This document shows, in pieces, positions 53,357 to 64,000 of a stretch of DNA of 64,000 nt (position 1 is its first letter; each line of letters begins with the position of its first letter). A model generated the notes under the pieces. It searched no databases and was not told where the DNA came from. It saw only the letters and a list, made by a program, of their open reading frames with translations. Source of the stretch: Hydrotalea sp. (GTDB taxonomy: Bacteria > Bacteroidota > Bacteroidia > Chitinophagales > Chitinophagaceae); assembly GCA_022402565.1 (NCBI GenBank), contig JAKRSC010000027.1, positions 25,060 to 89,059 of the forward strand, read 5' to 3'. The translations under genes were made by a program, and so were the position numbers.

Positions 53357-54652
53357 ATGAATACAGAAACCCTTTATCATATTTTTCTACAATATCCTCG
53401 GGTATATACCGACACAAGACAGGCGCTGCCAGATTCTATTTTTTTTGCACTAAAAGGGCCTAGCTTCGATGGAAATCAGTACGCCCTCGAAGCACTTGAA
53501 AAAGGAGCAGCCTTTGCGGTAGTAGACGATGCAACAATTGCATCTAAAAATCCTGAAAAAATTTTATTAGTAAATGATGTATTAAAGAGCCTTCAAGCAC
53601 TTGCAAAACATCATCGCGAACAATTCAATATTCCTTTTATAGCCATCACAGGAAGCAATGGAAAAACGACCACAAAAGAGTTGGTTGCAGCAGTTTTAAG
53701 CAGTCATTTTCGTACTTCCACAACTGCTGGGAATTTGAATAACCATATTGGCATTCCACTTACACTGTTACGTATACCAAAGGATACTGAAATTGCTGTG
53801 ATTGAAATGGGAGCCAATCACCAAAAAGAAATTGAAGGTTATTGTGCATATGTGCAACCAACACATGGCATTATTACCAACTGTGGTAAAGCACACTTAG
53901 AAGGGTTTGGTGGTATTGAAGGCGTTCGAAAAGGAAAAGGAGAGCTATATGACTTTTTAAAGAAGCATAGAGGCAGCATTTTCATGTACAACGATTATGA
54001 CTATCTGCAAAGCATGTCTAATGGAGTGCATGAAATCATTGGTTACGGTACTAAGAATGGTGCCATAGTTGGACAAAGTTTAAGCAGTAATCCTTTTTTG
54101 AAAATAGCTATCGAAACGGGACTAAACATTACTGAAATTTCAACTCATCTGGTGGGTGATTATAATTTACCCAATGTACTATGCGCTATTGCAGTTGGAA
54201 AATACTTCAATGTACCTGAGGAGAAAATTGCAAATGCCATTTCGTCTTATAACCCAACCAACAATCGTTCTCAATGGATGGAATTAGGCGGACATCAAAT
54301 TATATTAGACGCATACAATGCTAATCCAACCAGCATGCAAGCTGCAATAGCAAATTTCGCAGAACTACCAGCAGAAAATAAAATTGTTTGTCTTGGTGGA
54401 ATGATGGAAATGGGGGATGCTTCCTTAGAAGAACATGACTCACTTATAAAAACATTAGAGCAATATAAGTGGTCAGAAGTAATTTTAGTTGGCGGCGACT
54501 TCAATAAAGTTCAACACAGATACCACTTTTTTGAAAATGCCAATGAAGCTGTTGCTTGGATGAAACAACAGCAATTGAAAAGAAGCACTTTGTTAATAAA
54601 GGGTTCACGCAGTATGCGTATGGAAAAAATACTTGAGACATGGAAAGACTAG
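53357..54652 (+). CDS. murF: UDP-N-acetylmuramoyl-tripeptide--D-alanyl-D-alanine ligase
   Basis: 431 aa. ITGSNGKTTTKE P-loop, VIEMGANH, and DAYNANPTSM. Confidence 0.85.
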   Translation: MNTETLYHIFLQYPRVYTDTRQALPDSIFFALKGPSFDGNQYALEALEKGAAFAVVDDATIASKNPEKILLVNDVLKSLQALAKHHREQFNIPFIAITGSNGKTTTKELVAAVLSSHFRTSTTAGNLNNHIGIPLTLLRIPKDTEIAVIEMGANHQKEIEGYCAYVQPTHGIITNCGKAHLEGFGGIEGVRKGKGELYDFLKKHRGSIFMYNDYDYLQSMSNGVHEIIGYGTKNGAIVGQSLSSNPFLKIAIETGLNITEISTHLVGDYNLPNVLCAIAVGKYFNVPEEKIANAISSYNPTNNRSQWMELGGHQIILDAYNANPTSMQAAIANFAELPAENKIVCLGGMMEMGDASLEEHDSLIKTLEQYKWSEVILVGGDFNKVQHRYHFFENANEAVAWMKQQQLKRSTLLIKGSRSMRMEKILETWKD

Positions 54653-55269
54653 GTAAAATATTTCCCCAGTTTGATGCTACCTTATTGGAGGCATTAGAAG
54701 AATTTGGAACAATTAAAACCATTCCTGCCGGAGAAGTACTGATGCGTACAGGACAGTATGTTAGAAATACAATGTTGGTTTTAGATGGTACCATTAAAGT
54801 ATATCGTGAAAGCGAAGAAGATGGCACAGAGTTTTTGATGTATTATCTGAAACCTGGAGAAGCTTGCGCTTTGTCAATTATATGTGCTGCTAAAATGGAA
54901 GCTAGTAGAATTATGGCTCAAGCAATGGAAGACACTACCATTTTAATGCTTCCGCTCCACTTTTTAGATGAATGGATGACCAAATACAAAAGCTGGTATT
55001 ATTTTGTATTAGAAACATATCGTAACAGATTTGATGAATTACTGAATTTAGTAGATCAAGTTGCATTTCGCAATATGGATGAGCGCTTGCAATTTTACTT
55101 AGAGAGATATATGCAGGTAAACAAAACCCATATTATCCCCCTTTCTCACCAAGAGATTGCAACTGATCTTAACTCCTCGAGAGAAGTTATTTCAAGATTA
55201 CTCAAAAAAATGGAGCAGAGAGAATTACTTATCCTACACAGGAATCAGATTGAGATGAGAAATATTTAG
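54640..55269 (+). CDS. Crp/Fnr-family transcriptional regulator
   Basis: 209 aa. N-terminal cNMP-binding-like barrel and a C-terminal HTH (SHQEIATDLNSSREVISRLLKKME). Confidence 0.75.
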   Translation: MERLGKIFPQFDATLLEALEEFGTIKTIPAGEVLMRTGQYVRNTMLVLDGTIKVYRESEEDGTEFLMYYLKPGEACALSIICAAKMEASRIMAQAMEDTTILMLPLHFLDEWMTKYKSWYYFVLETYRNRFDELLNLVDQVAFRNMDERLQFYLERYMQVNKTHIIPLSHQEIATDLNSSREVISRLLKKMEQRELLILHRNQIEMRNI

Positions 55270-55417
55270 ATATTTTTTAAGTAGTATTGGTGAACTTAAA
55301 TTGACAAAAATCAACAGTGCTATATTCAACATAAAGTATAAAAACACTATGACTAATAGAATTTGAAGCACATCAAGATGTCATAAAGAGTCCTAAATAG
55401 GAGATTAATTTGCTCAA

Positions 55418-58400
55418 TCATTTAATTAAAACAAAAGCACCCCAATCACTCACCGGCATTTTTTTACTTAATAATTTTTGGGTTGTTGTCAATGCTTCTT
55501 GTGGATCTTTTTGTTCCATTAAATTTTTATAAAATTGCTCCATAAAAATGGCTGTAGCAGCATCTGGAATTTTCCAAAGCGTAGCTAAGATGAACTGCAC
55601 ACCCGCTAATTTTAGCATACGCTGAATACCAGCAACCCCCAAGTGACTCTCTATATCTCCTAAAGCAGTTTCACAGGCACTTAATACCATCAACTGACAA
55701 TTAGTTAAATCTTCTGATGCTAATTCATACCCCATTAAATAACCAGGCTTTACTACTGTTCCACAATTAGCCCCCGAAACTGCTAATCCTGTTCTAAGTA
55801 GTGGTGAAGGCTGAATAAACCTCATTGGATACATAGAGTTATAATATTTTGTAACAGATGATGAGTCAAAATAAAATCCATGTGTAGCTAAATGAATATG
55901 CGTATACCCTTGTAGCTGACTAATTTTATTAAAATCTCCTTTTGTCAAAAACGAATGTTGAATTTTAGATGCATTTAAAATTCTTCCAATTTCTTGAGAC
56001 TCTTTTTGCGTTCCTTGTAGATAAATCCACTGATGTTCTTTTTTTAAAAGTCCACTAACGCAAGAATCTATATTGTAATCAATTCCACCAGCAATGAGCC
56101 ATCGCTGTAACGAATCGGGCTGTACTGTTTTGGAAATACTATTCACTGAAGAAGCATATTGAATATTCACTTTTTCCATCAAAAAACCATCTTCAAATTC
56201 CATTGCATGCAACGGTAAACGAGTTAGCCAACCATCGGTTGCAATGAACCACTTTGTAGTCTTATTAGAAATAGACTTAAAAAAAGGTTGAAGAATATTC
56301 ATAGCTGATATCCTTCGCTGTTGCAAGGTTGAACTTTTTACCGAAGATGTTTTGGTAATAGTTGACCTTGTTAACTGATTTGTTTGAACACCCCATAGCT
56401 TGATCCAACTCTCAAGATTCACTTCTGAATATAAAGGAATAACATGACTACTATCAGCTTTAGAAATTGCTAAAGCATAGTAGAACAAACTATCCTTATG
56501 CATAAAGTTTTTATATCGAAAAGTCTCAATATATGTAGATTGTACTGGAAGACGCAAACGCAAACTATCTAAATCAGTCAATTTTAAATTTGGCCACAAA
56601 ATATCATCTGGCAATCCTTGCTCAGTCCAACGCAACGTTTCTAGATGTAGTGTAGTTATTTCTGAAAGTTCAATTGCCATTTCATAGTCTTTTGGGCTTC
56701 CTAACATCAATGCTTTACCTTCTATAACTTGGTTTTTTCTTTTAAGTTCTAGAATCTGCTTTCCCATCTCCTTTTGATCAATAGATTCGATAATTTGATT
56801 CGGGTTGTATAGCATAGCCACCCGAACTGTCAAAATCTGTTCAATGAGCTGCTTACGCATACTTGGCAGCTTGTCAATATCATGTAATTGTAATAAAGTA
56901 TGATAGGTATTAAAAATGGGTTCCAATTGATGTTTATAAAACATAACACGCTGATCAGGAGCCAAACTATGCAAATGTGTAATCAAATCCTTTTTGGTAT
57001 AATTCAATAAATCTCGCAGATCAACTACATTTTTAATTTGCTTTTCTTTTATTGTATGTAGCTCTAATCTTAATCGCTTCATTTGAATCAACAAATGATT
57101 GTCTAAATAATCAAGATTACGATACTCATCGAAGGCCCTTTGCAAAAATATGAGCGCAGTTTCAATACTTTTATTATTTGCGTACAAGGACTTCGCTATT
57201 AAATAAAGAAAGGCAGATGACATTTGTTTAGTAGGCAACTCATCTGTATGATTTCCTTCCATCATTTCATTCAAATACAAACTTGCAGAGTCAAGAGCAG
57301 TTTTAGATTTTCCTACACTTAAATAATATTCCAACTCTTTACAACGTACTTGAAGATATCCTTCCCTTGTAAGTCGAGGTGCAGAGCGAGATGGCTTAAC
57401 ATGATAGAACTTAGACAGCTTTATAGTTAAATCAACCAAAGAGTCTTCCTGCTGTATACCCGTATAATATTCAGCAATTCCCAAAGCGCGCTGTAATGAC
57501 CAATACTCACGGAAGATGGTAGCACTAATGGTGTTTCCTTGTTGAGTCATCCAATCAAGTAAAAACCATGCACGTTGATATTGACCTGAGTGATAGTATA
57601 ATGTTTTTAAGGTAGTACCTAACTTAGCAAATTGTTGTAGCCAAACCTTTTTTGTAGAGTCATTGGTTGCATGTATTTGCATAAATGGTATCAGCATTTC
57701 TTTCAAACATTGATTGACTCTTACTGTAACTAAAGTTGTTTGCTGCTCTTCAATAGCCATTTCTGCCCATGCATGTAAATACGATGTATACATTTCCAAA
57801 AAAAAGGACTTGTATAATAAAGGTAAGTTTGACTTTAAAATTGAATCTGCACAACGTTTATATAATGATGTAGTAAAAAAGTGCCAGTCCGAAAACAAGG
57901 CTGATGACTTAATCTTTAGTTTGTTGTTAATCCATTCCTTTCTATTGCCCATCAAAATCATATATATATTGGCATAATAGGGCAGTTGATCATCAATTCC
58001 ACGCTCTCTCCCAACATTTTTAAAAAACAAACGATCATAATTGGCTAATAAACCACTTTGAGCTTGATTTGCCTTATCATACCTATACCAAGCAAACATT
58101 GTAATGGAATAGTCATTCAGCGTTTCCCATTTCAACATAAAGTTTTTCCGAAATACACGATCGAAATGTAAGAACAGGTGATCAGCCTTTCGATTAACAT
58201 ATAAACTAGCAACTTCATATAAGTCTTCTGCTAATGAATCTAAAAATAGGTGAGCATCCTTACCAATCAAAATGTTTGCCCGATCCAAATAGGATTTCAA
58301 AATGCTTTCATTAACACTATCTCCCTTCTTATTAGATAAAAAATATACCGATTGCCATAACCTACATCTTGCAGCAAATAAAGGATAGTCTTTATCTTGA

Positions 58401-58588
58401 CTAAATAGAAATGTATCTAATTGAAATAATCTACTTCTTGCTGCAACTGTATCTCTTTGTTGCATCAACTGTTTTGCATCATTGAAATAACTCAAATAGT
58501 TTTCAATATTTGGTGGCATAACCCTTTGTGCAAAGGATACGCTGAAGCTGACTATTGATATGAATAGAATAATCCACTTTAAGGGCAT
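55418..58588 (-). CDS. TPR-rich CHAT-domain protein (caspase-fold protease family) with signal peptide
   Basis: 1056 aa. N-terminal LFISIVSFSVSFAQ and a long helical-repeat region. The C-terminal CHAT dyad context is THIHLATHGFY (His) and LMVLSACETALG (Cys). Confidence 0.75.
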   Translation of the reverse strand: MPLKWIILFISIVSFSVSFAQRVMPPNIENYLSYFNDAKQLMQQRDTVAARSRLFQLDTFLFSQDKDYPLFAARCRLWQSVYFLSNKKGDSVNESILKSYLDRANILIGKDAHLFLDSLAEDLYEVASLYVNRKADHLFLHFDRVFRKNFMLKWETLNDYSITMFAWYRYDKANQAQSGLLANYDRLFFKNVGRERGIDDQLPYYANIYMILMGNRKEWINNKLKIKSSALFSDWHFFTTSLYKRCADSILKSNLPLLYKSFFLEMYTSYLHAWAEMAIEEQQTTLVTVRVNQCLKEMLIPFMQIHATNDSTKKVWLQQFAKLGTTLKTLYYHSGQYQRAWFLLDWMTQQGNTISATIFREYWSLQRALGIAEYYTGIQQEDSLVDLTIKLSKFYHVKPSRSAPRLTREGYLQVRCKELEYYLSVGKSKTALDSASLYLNEMMEGNHTDELPTKQMSSAFLYLIAKSLYANNKSIETALIFLQRAFDEYRNLDYLDNHLLIQMKRLRLELHTIKEKQIKNVVDLRDLLNYTKKDLITHLHSLAPDQRVMFYKHQLEPIFNTYHTLLQLHDIDKLPSMRKQLIEQILTVRVAMLYNPNQIIESIDQKEMGKQILELKRKNQVIEGKALMLGSPKDYEMAIELSEITTLHLETLRWTEQGLPDDILWPNLKLTDLDSLRLRLPVQSTYIETFRYKNFMHKDSLFYYALAISKADSSHVIPLYSEVNLESWIKLWGVQTNQLTRSTITKTSSVKSSTLQQRRISAMNILQPFFKSISNKTTKWFIATDGWLTRLPLHAMEFEDGFLMEKVNIQYASSVNSISKTVQPDSLQRWLIAGGIDYNIDSCVSGLLKKEHQWIYLQGTQKESQEIGRILNASKIQHSFLTKGDFNKISQLQGYTHIHLATHGFYFDSSSVTKYYNSMYPMRFIQPSPLLRTGLAVSGANCGTVVKPGYLMGYELASEDLTNCQLMVLSACETALGDIESHLGVAGIQRMLKLAGVQFILATLWKIPDAATAIFMEQFYKNLMEQKDPQEALTTTQKLLSKKMPVSDWGAFVLIK

Positions 58589-58622
58589 CCTTAAAGATAC
58601 TAGAATCTTCTAACTAAGTAAA

Positions 58623-59336
58623 TCAAGCTGTTATTTGCATATAAACAAGTGCTGCTACAACTGCCCCAATTATTGGACCCAATACTGGTACCCATGCATA
58701 GTCCCATCGGGCTGTTCCTTTATGCTGAAATGGGAAAAAAGTGTACAACAAACGCGGCCCTAAATCTCTGGCAGGATTAATTGCATAACCTGTAGGACCA
58801 CCCAAACTTAATCCTATTGCCAGCACTAAAAAGGCAACAGGGAGAGCATCTAAAGCACCCAATGATTCCTGAGGTGATTTAATAAACAAGACTCCCAAAA
58901 TTAAAATAACAGTCGCCATTGCTTCAGTAAATAAATTTTGAATCTTTCCTTCAATGGCCGGAGTTGTAGAAAAAACTGCCAATTGCAATCCAGCATCCTT
59001 ACAAGCATTAAAATGACTTTTATACACCAACGCAACTACAGCAGCGCCTGTAAATGCACCTAATAATTGAGCACCAATGTACATAGGTACATCTGACCAA
59101 GCAAATTGACCCAGCGTAGCTAGGGCAATACTCACTGCGGGATTTAAATGTGCACCACTATGTGGAGCACTCACATAAACTCCAACGAATACTGCCATGG
59201 CCCAACCAAAAGCAATAACAATCCATCCCCCTCCATTTCCTTTCGATTGTGGTAGAACAACATTCGCTACTACGCCATTTCCTAGTATAATGAGCAGGGC
59301 TGTTCCCAGCCATTCGGCAAGCATTGGATGTATCAT
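58623..59336 (-). CDS. glpF: MIP-family glycerol uptake facilitator / aquaglyceroporin
   Basis: 237 aa with two NPA boxes (HLNPAVS, INPARD). Sits downstream of glpK-glpD. Confidence 0.85.
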   Translation of the reverse strand: MIHPMLAEWLGTALLIILGNGVVANVVLPQSKGNGGGWIVIAFGWAMAVFVGVYVSAPHSGAHLNPAVSIALATLGQFAWSDVPMYIGAQLLGAFTGAAVVALVYKSHFNACKDAGLQLAVFSTTPAIEGKIQNLFTEAMATVILILGVLFIKSPQESLGALDALPVAFLVLAIGLSLGGPTGYAINPARDLGPRLLYTFFPFQHKGTARWDYAWVPVLGPIIGAVVAALVYMQITA

Positions 59337-59342
59337 AAATGT

Positions 59343-60866
59343 TTATTGTATGGAGTAACAAGATACCAATTCTTTCATATGATTGATTTCCTCTTCTAGT
59401 TTTTCTTCTGACCACTCTAATAATAGCTGCATCTTTTTAGCAACGGGCTCTATTAGCTGATTTGTAACCACAGCATCCAAAAATAGAAACCTTGTTCTCC
59501 TAGCTAACACGTCTTCTATTGTTCTTGCCTGCTCATATAATACAGCATAGGCTACATCGGCCCACAAATAAGGATAATCTTCATGAAGTTTTTGAGATCC
59601 GTTATCACTTTCTAATAGCAAATGATAGGCTTGATCTTGATACTTATTATGAATTGCTAAATCTTCAGTTACACAAGGCTTCTTACCCAACTTTGCAACA
59701 AACAAAACATTCTCAACAGCATCTTTTGCCATCTTGCGATAGGTTGTCCACTTACCGCCTGTAATTGTTATTAATCCAGATGGATTCACCATAATAGTAT
59801 GATCCCTGCTTAACAATGAAGTTGGCCCTCCTGCATTGGAAGATTTTACCAATGGCCTTAGTCCTGCGAAAACACTTAAAACATCAGCCTTACCTATTGG
59901 CGATTTGCTATACCTGCTCACATGCTGAAGCACAAAATCAATTTCTTGTTGAAATGCAATGGGCTCCGCTTGAGCCGATTGAACAGGCGTATCTGTTGTT
60001 CCAATAACTGCTTTATCTAACCACGGTACGACAAATAATACGCGACCATCATCGGTTTTAGGAATCATAAGAGCATGGATTCCAGGAAAATATTTTTTAT
60101 CTACCACAATGTGTATTCCCTGCGATGGCGCAACCATAGGTGCTTGATCAACCGTATCTTGCTGCAACAAATGATCTACAAATACTCCAGCTGCATTTAC
60201 AACCACTTTTGCTAAACAAGAAAATGTTTGTTTTAATTGAACATCATACACTTCTACGCCCACTACTTTTTGATTTTTCTTGATGAGCTTTTCAACTCTT
60301 GCATAATTGAGTAGAAAAGCGCCGTGTAATTCAGCTGTTTTCATTAAATCGATACACAATCGACTATCATCAAACTGTCCATCAAAGTATTGAATACCAC
60401 CAACCAATCCTTTTGTATTGATCCAGGGAAGCGCATCGATAGTTTCATTGTATGACAACAACTTAGTTACTCCAATTCGCCATTGGCCCGACATTAAATC
60501 GTATATCTTCAATCCAGTTCCATAAAAAAATTTTTGCCACAATGAATATACTGGAACTACAAAAGATTGTATTTTGGTTACATGAGGTGCATTCTTTAAA
60601 AGTATAGAACGTTCTTTTAATGCCTCACGAACCAACTTAATATTTCCTTGTGCTAAATATCGTACGCCACCGTGCACCAGTTTGGTAGACCTACTAGATG
60701 TGCCTTTTGCATAATCATTCGATTCTAGTAATAATACCTGTAGACCACGTGATGCTGCATCAACCGCAATACCAAGTCCTGTTGCACCACCACCAACAAC
60801 CAATAAATCATACTCAGTTGATGTAGCTTTTTTAATCTGTTCTTTTCTAATATCTATCCAATTCAT
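59343..60866 (-). CDS. glpD: FAD-dependent glycerol-3-phosphate dehydrogenase
   Basis: [16 protein letters not shown] motif. Start placed at [10 protein letters not shown] (ATG at 60866), giving an ATGA overlap with the glpK stop. The track start at 60917 would overlap glpK by 55 nt. Confidence 0.85.
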   Translation of the reverse strand: MNWIDIRKEQIKKATSTEYDLLVVGGGATGLGIAVDAASRGLQVLLLESNDYAKGTSSRSTKLVHGGVRYLAQGNIKLVREALKERSILLKNAPHVTKIQSFVVPVYSLWQKFFYGTGLKIYDLMSGQWRIGVTKLLSYNETIDALPWINTKGLVGGIQYFDGQFDDSRLCIDLMKTAELHGAFLLNYARVEKLIKKNQKVVGVEVYDVQLKQTFSCLAKVVVNAAGVFVDHLLQQDTVDQAPMVAPSQGIHIVVDKKYFPGIHALMIPKTDDGRVLFVVPWLDKAVIGTTDTPVQSAQAEPIAFQQEIDFVLQHVSRYSKSPIGKADVLSVFAGLRPLVKSSNAGGPTSLLSRDHTIMVNPSGLITITGGKWTTYRKMAKDAVENVLFVAKLGKKPCVTEDLAIHNKYQDQAYHLLLESDNGSQKLHEDYPYLWADVAYAVLYEQARTIEDVLARRTRFLFLDAVVTNQLIEPVAKKMQLLLEWSEEKLEEEINHMKELVSCYSIQ

Positions 60867-62365
60867 GAATGTTGCGAACCTGCTTGAAACAATGTTGTGG
60901 AAACTGCTTTTTGCCATCCTGCATACATCTCGTGAAAACGACTTTCATCTTCATGCGGATCAAAAACTCTATCCGACTTCCACAAATCTTGTATTGAAGA
61001 AGGATTTGACCAAAAGCCAACTGCTAAGCCAGCCAAAAAAGCTGCGCCAAGTGCTGTTGTCTCGGTAATAGTTGGCCGTACAACTGCTGTTCTTAAAATA
61101 TCACTCTGCATTTGCATTAAAAGATTATTTACTGTAGCACCGCCGTCTACCCTCAATTCTGCTATTGGGAATCCAGCATCTGCTTCCATCGCTTTTAATA
61201 CATCGGTGGTTTGATAGCAAATACTTTCTAAAGCAGCTCTTGCTATATGTGCTGCTTTCGTTCCTCTACTCATACCTACTAAAGTTCCTCGTGCATGTGG
61301 ATTCCAGTAAGGAGCCCCCAAACCTGCAAATGCAGGCACCAAATAAACATCACCATGGTCTTCTACCTGCAACGCAAGCTCCTCAATTTCAGCAGCCGTT
61401 CTAATCAGTCCTAACCCATCGCGCAGCCATTGCACAACGGCACCTCCCATAAATACACTTCCTTCTAAAGCATAATGGGTTTCTCCTTTAATTTGCCAAG
61501 CTACAGTTGTAAGCAGTTTATGCTTAGATAAAACAGGTTTTTGTCCTGTATTCATTAACATAAAACATCCAGTGCCGTAAGTATTTTTTACCATGCCTGG
61601 TTTTGTACACAACTGACCAAATAATGCAGCTTGCTGGTCACCTGCAATCCCTGCAATGGGTACTGGCTTTGCTGTTAAAATATGCTCTGTAAATCCATAC
61701 ACCTCACTACTGCTGCACACTTTGGGTAGCACTGCTCTTGGAATTTCAAAAAGTTCCAACAACTCTTCATCCCAATCTAATGTATGGATATTAAACAACA
61801 TAGTTCTCGATGCATTGCTCACATCTGTTGCATGAACTTTTCCTCTTGTCAGGTTCCATAACAACCATGAATCAATTGTACCAAAATACAAATCACCCGC
61901 TTGTGCTTGTTCCATGGCGCCAGCAACATTTTTTAAAATCCATCTAAGCTTAGTAGCCGAGAAGTATGCATCAGGAATTAATCCGGTTTTTTCTTGAATA
62001 CGCTCTGCCCACCCCATAGAATGAAGGGAATCACAATAATCTCCTGTTCTTCGATCTTGCCAAACAATGGCCTTATACACAGGTTGTCCTGTATGCCTAT
62101 TCCAAACAACTGTGGTTTCTCTCTGATTAGTAATTCCTATGGCAGCAATATGCTGAATGGTTAAGCCAGTTTGTGTGATTGCTTCAGCCGCAACACCTAA
62201 CTGAGTACTCCAAATTTCCATTGGATCATGTTCTACCCATCCTGGTTGAGGGAAGTATTGTGTGAACTCTTTCTGTGCAGTGGCTACTGGTTGACCATTA
62301 TGATTAAAAATGATGGCCCTGCTACTAGTTGTACCTTGATCAAGTGCTAAGATGTAAGATTCCAT
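60863..62365 (-). CDS. glpK: glycerol kinase
   Basis: 500 aa. [29 protein letters not shown] and [13 protein letters not shown], classic FGGY kinase/GlpK motifs. Confidence 0.9.
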   Translation of the reverse strand: MESYILALDQGTTSSRAIIFNHNGQPVATAQKEFTQYFPQPGWVEHDPMEIWSTQLGVAAEAITQTGLTIQHIAAIGITNQRETTVVWNRHTGQPVYKAIVWQDRRTGDYCDSLHSMGWAERIQEKTGLIPDAYFSATKLRWILKNVAGAMEQAQAGDLYFGTIDSWLLWNLTRGKVHATDVSNASRTMLFNIHTLDWDEELLELFEIPRAVLPKVCSSSEVYGFTEHILTAKPVPIAGIAGDQQAALFGQLCTKPGMVKNTYGTGCFMLMNTGQKPVLSKHKLLTTVAWQIKGETHYALEGSVFMGGAVVQWLRDGLGLIRTAAEIEELALQVEDHGDVYLVPAFAGLGAPYWNPHARGTLVGMSRGTKAAHIARAALESICYQTTDVLKAMEADAGFPIAELRVDGGATVNNLLMQMQSDILRTAVVRPTITETTALGAAFLAGLAVGFWSNPSSIQDLWKSDRVFDPHEDESRFHEMYAGWQKAVSTTLFQAGSQHS

Positions 62366-62409
62366 GGGGGTAAATTACCCAATTTCAGGAGAATAATTTC
62401 ATAGAAATT

Positions 62410-63753
62410 TTATCGCCTAGGTCGCAACCATGTTTCTGGATCGAGATAACTCTTTTTATCGTTCATGATAATTAAATCAATTTCTCCATCACCTTCAAAG
62501 TTAGCCGCAACTTTGCCCAATAATGCACCAGCTTTTACATTTTGTCCGCGAGACACATTTGCAGACGCTAGTTTATTATAAGTAGTAAAATATTTACCAT
62601 GTTTTATAATGACTGCCTGGTATTCATCCAAATTCATAACAGCAACTACTTCACCATCTGCAATGGCTTTTACTGAAGATCCTATTTTGGTAGTAATTGT
62701 AATACCCGGATTTTCTTGTACCAACTTTGTTTCAGGAATAACATACTTTCCAAATGGAATTGTTACTAAGCCTTGATCAAGTGGCCAAGGAAGACGACCA
62801 CGATTGTTTTCAAATTGAATAGATTGGTTTTTGGTTTCTTCAGTAGATTCTAATGGACTATACACACGACCAGCAGAACCACTGCCCATACCTGTTACAG
62901 GTTCATTATTGAGTCGAGGGGCTGTTGTTGTGCCCGCTGATGTATTACCAGATGAAGCAGTATTGGTATTATTTGCAGCAGCTGCCTTTTTCGCATCTTC
63001 TGCAGCTTTTTGCTTCGCCCTTTTCTCAGCCTCTGCTATCTCTCTTCTAATGGCAGCATCAATTGCCCTCCTAATTTCTACTCTTTGCTGTTCTCTTCTC
63101 TTTATTTGAGCAACAATGTCCTTTTCTTGGTCTTTGATTTGTTTAACAACTTTCGACTGCTCTCGTTTATCTTCTTCCAACACTTTCAACTGCTTACTTT
63201 GCTCAGTTAGAGTTTGGGTTTTGACTTGCTTATTTTGGCTGAGCTGACCAATTCTTTCCTTTAATAATTCCTGGGTCTTTTCAATAGCTTCAACTTGAGT
63301 TTCCCTGAGCCGTCTATAACTCTTTAAATATTCTACACGCTTAACAGCATCATTAAAACTTGATGCGGAAAAGAGAAAATTGAGATAAGCATAACTACTT
63401 CTATTTCTGTAAGCAAATTCTATACTTTTTGCATACTGTTGTCGCAATGTATCTAACTCCTTACGCATACGATAAATCTCAATTTCGTTATTATAAATAA
63501 CGTCTTCGATTTGACGAATATCGCGGTTAATGCTATTGATTAAAGATTCACGAGCCTTCAGTTTTTGTTGAATTAAGGCAAGTTGTTGCAATGACTTTTT
63601 CTTGTCGCCACCAATTTTAGATAGTTCTTTATTCAGGGCATCAATTTCCTTTTGAATTTCTTGTTGGCGCTTTTGAAGCTCTTCTTTATTCTGTGCCTGC
63701 GACTGAACTAAACAGCCAAATGCCAATAATATGATGCAAATGATTTTCTTCAT
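62410..63753 (-). CDS. EnvC-like murein hydrolase activator / M23 (LytM) domain protein with coiled coil
   Basis: 447 aa. Signal peptide, about 250 aa of heptad-rich coiled coil (QKEIDALNKEL...), a low-complexity linker, and a C-terminal LytM-type beta domain (GEVVAVMNLDEYQAVIIKHGKYFTTYNKLASANVSRGQNVKAGALLGKV). Confidence 0.75.
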   Translation of the reverse strand: MKKIICIILLAFGCLVQSQAQNKEELQKRQQEIQKEIDALNKELSKIGGDKKKSLQQLALIQQKLKARESLINSINRDIRQIEDVIYNNEIEIYRMRKELDTLRQQYAKSIEFAYRNRSSYAYLNFLFSASSFNDAVKRVEYLKSYRRLRETQVEAIEKTQELLKERIGQLSQNKQVKTQTLTEQSKQLKVLEEDKREQSKVVKQIKDQEKDIVAQIKRREQQRVEIRRAIDAAIRREIAEAEKRAKQKAAEDAKKAAAANNTNTASSGNTSAGTTTAPRLNNEPVTGMGSGSAGRVYSPLESTEETKNQSIQFENNRGRLPWPLDQGLVTIPFGKYVIPETKLVQENPGITITTKIGSSVKAIADGEVVAVMNLDEYQAVIIKHGKYFTTYNKLASANVSRGQNVKAGALLGKVAANFEGDGEIDLIIMNDKKSYLDPETWLRPRR

Positions 63754-63849
63754 AATAAGCCTTTTCCGTAAAATTTCTTAAGTATTGATGCAGCATAGGC
63801 GTTTATTACACAGGTCTGCCTCAAACTTAACGGCTTTTTTGCTTAGATA

Positions 63850-64000
63850 TTACCTTCTTTTGAAATTTTTAGGAATTGAAAAGGGAAAAGTTAAGGGCTG
63901 GTTAAAATTGTATTGCTTGAATTCAACTTCTACATCGAGCTTAGCCTTTTCAGAAACCGACACTTTTCTGAAGGTTGAAAAGTCAAAGCCCAGGACATTT
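63850..64000 (-). CDS. C-terminal fragment of an upstream gene (DUF4292-like?)
   Basis: The minus-strand frame is open from the window end to TAA (63852-63850): ...NVLGFDFSTFRKVSVSEKAKLDVEVEFKQYNFNQPLTFPFSIPKNFKRR*. The family guess rests on the usual DUF4292/M23 pairing in Bacteroidota and is weak. Confidence 0.3.
   Translation of the reverse strand, partial: NVLGFDFSTFRKVSVSEKAKLDVEVEFKQYNFNQPLTFPFSIPKNFKRR

Overview
The gene content looks like a Bacteroidota chromosome: about 800-aa SLBB/Wza-type exporters, TTTG/TAnnTTTG-type promoter motifs, a pnuC plus NadR-like kinase pair, glpK-glpD-glpF, and a DUF4292-like gene next to an M23 peptidase. No species claim is made.

(1) 1-22.5 kb is one long, visibly AT-rich, tightly coupled minus-strand surface-polysaccharide operon. 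It runs from a Wza-like exporter through an embedded MNT/HepT toxin-antitoxin pair and a Wzz, then a pseudaminic-acid-type nonulosonic acid module (pseC ... pseH-like, pseI), a 562-aa orphan protein, Wzx and Wzy. It ends in a second sugar-acid module built around an HpcH-type pyruvate aldolase and a KdsB-like cytidylyltransferase.

(2) 22.5-33.5 kb is a patchwork island. Single genes or gene pairs are each bracketed by copies of a modular, mosaic intergenic repeat family whose ends are arrays of the heptamer GGTCTTT/AGTCTTT. The bracketed units are:
- a zeta-like P-loop ATPase plus an overlapping micro-ORF
- a UDP-sugar 6-dehydrogenase
- AbiEi/AbiEii
- a second, orphan Wza paralogue
- a HigA-type antidote next to a frameshifted killer gene

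(3) 33.5-38.9 kb is a plus-strand GT2-GT4-GT25-Wzy-Wzx glycan cluster. It starts 38 bp after a 39-bp higher-order tandem expansion of the same heptamers.

(4) 39-64 kb is housekeeping: DUF983, pnuC and its kinase, mtgA, methyltransferase, S10 peptidase, DUF1015, TPR, AIM24, aminotransferase, a Plug-only protein, LysE, murF, Crp/Fnr, a 1056-aa TPR-CHAT protein, glpFDK and an EnvC-like M23 peptidase. Further copies of the repeat family sit at about 38.9, 43.3 and 52.6-53.3 kb.

I found no rRNA, tRNA, CRISPR array, transposase, integrase or recombinase gene. All functional calls rest on motifs read by eye from the translations. No database search was possible.
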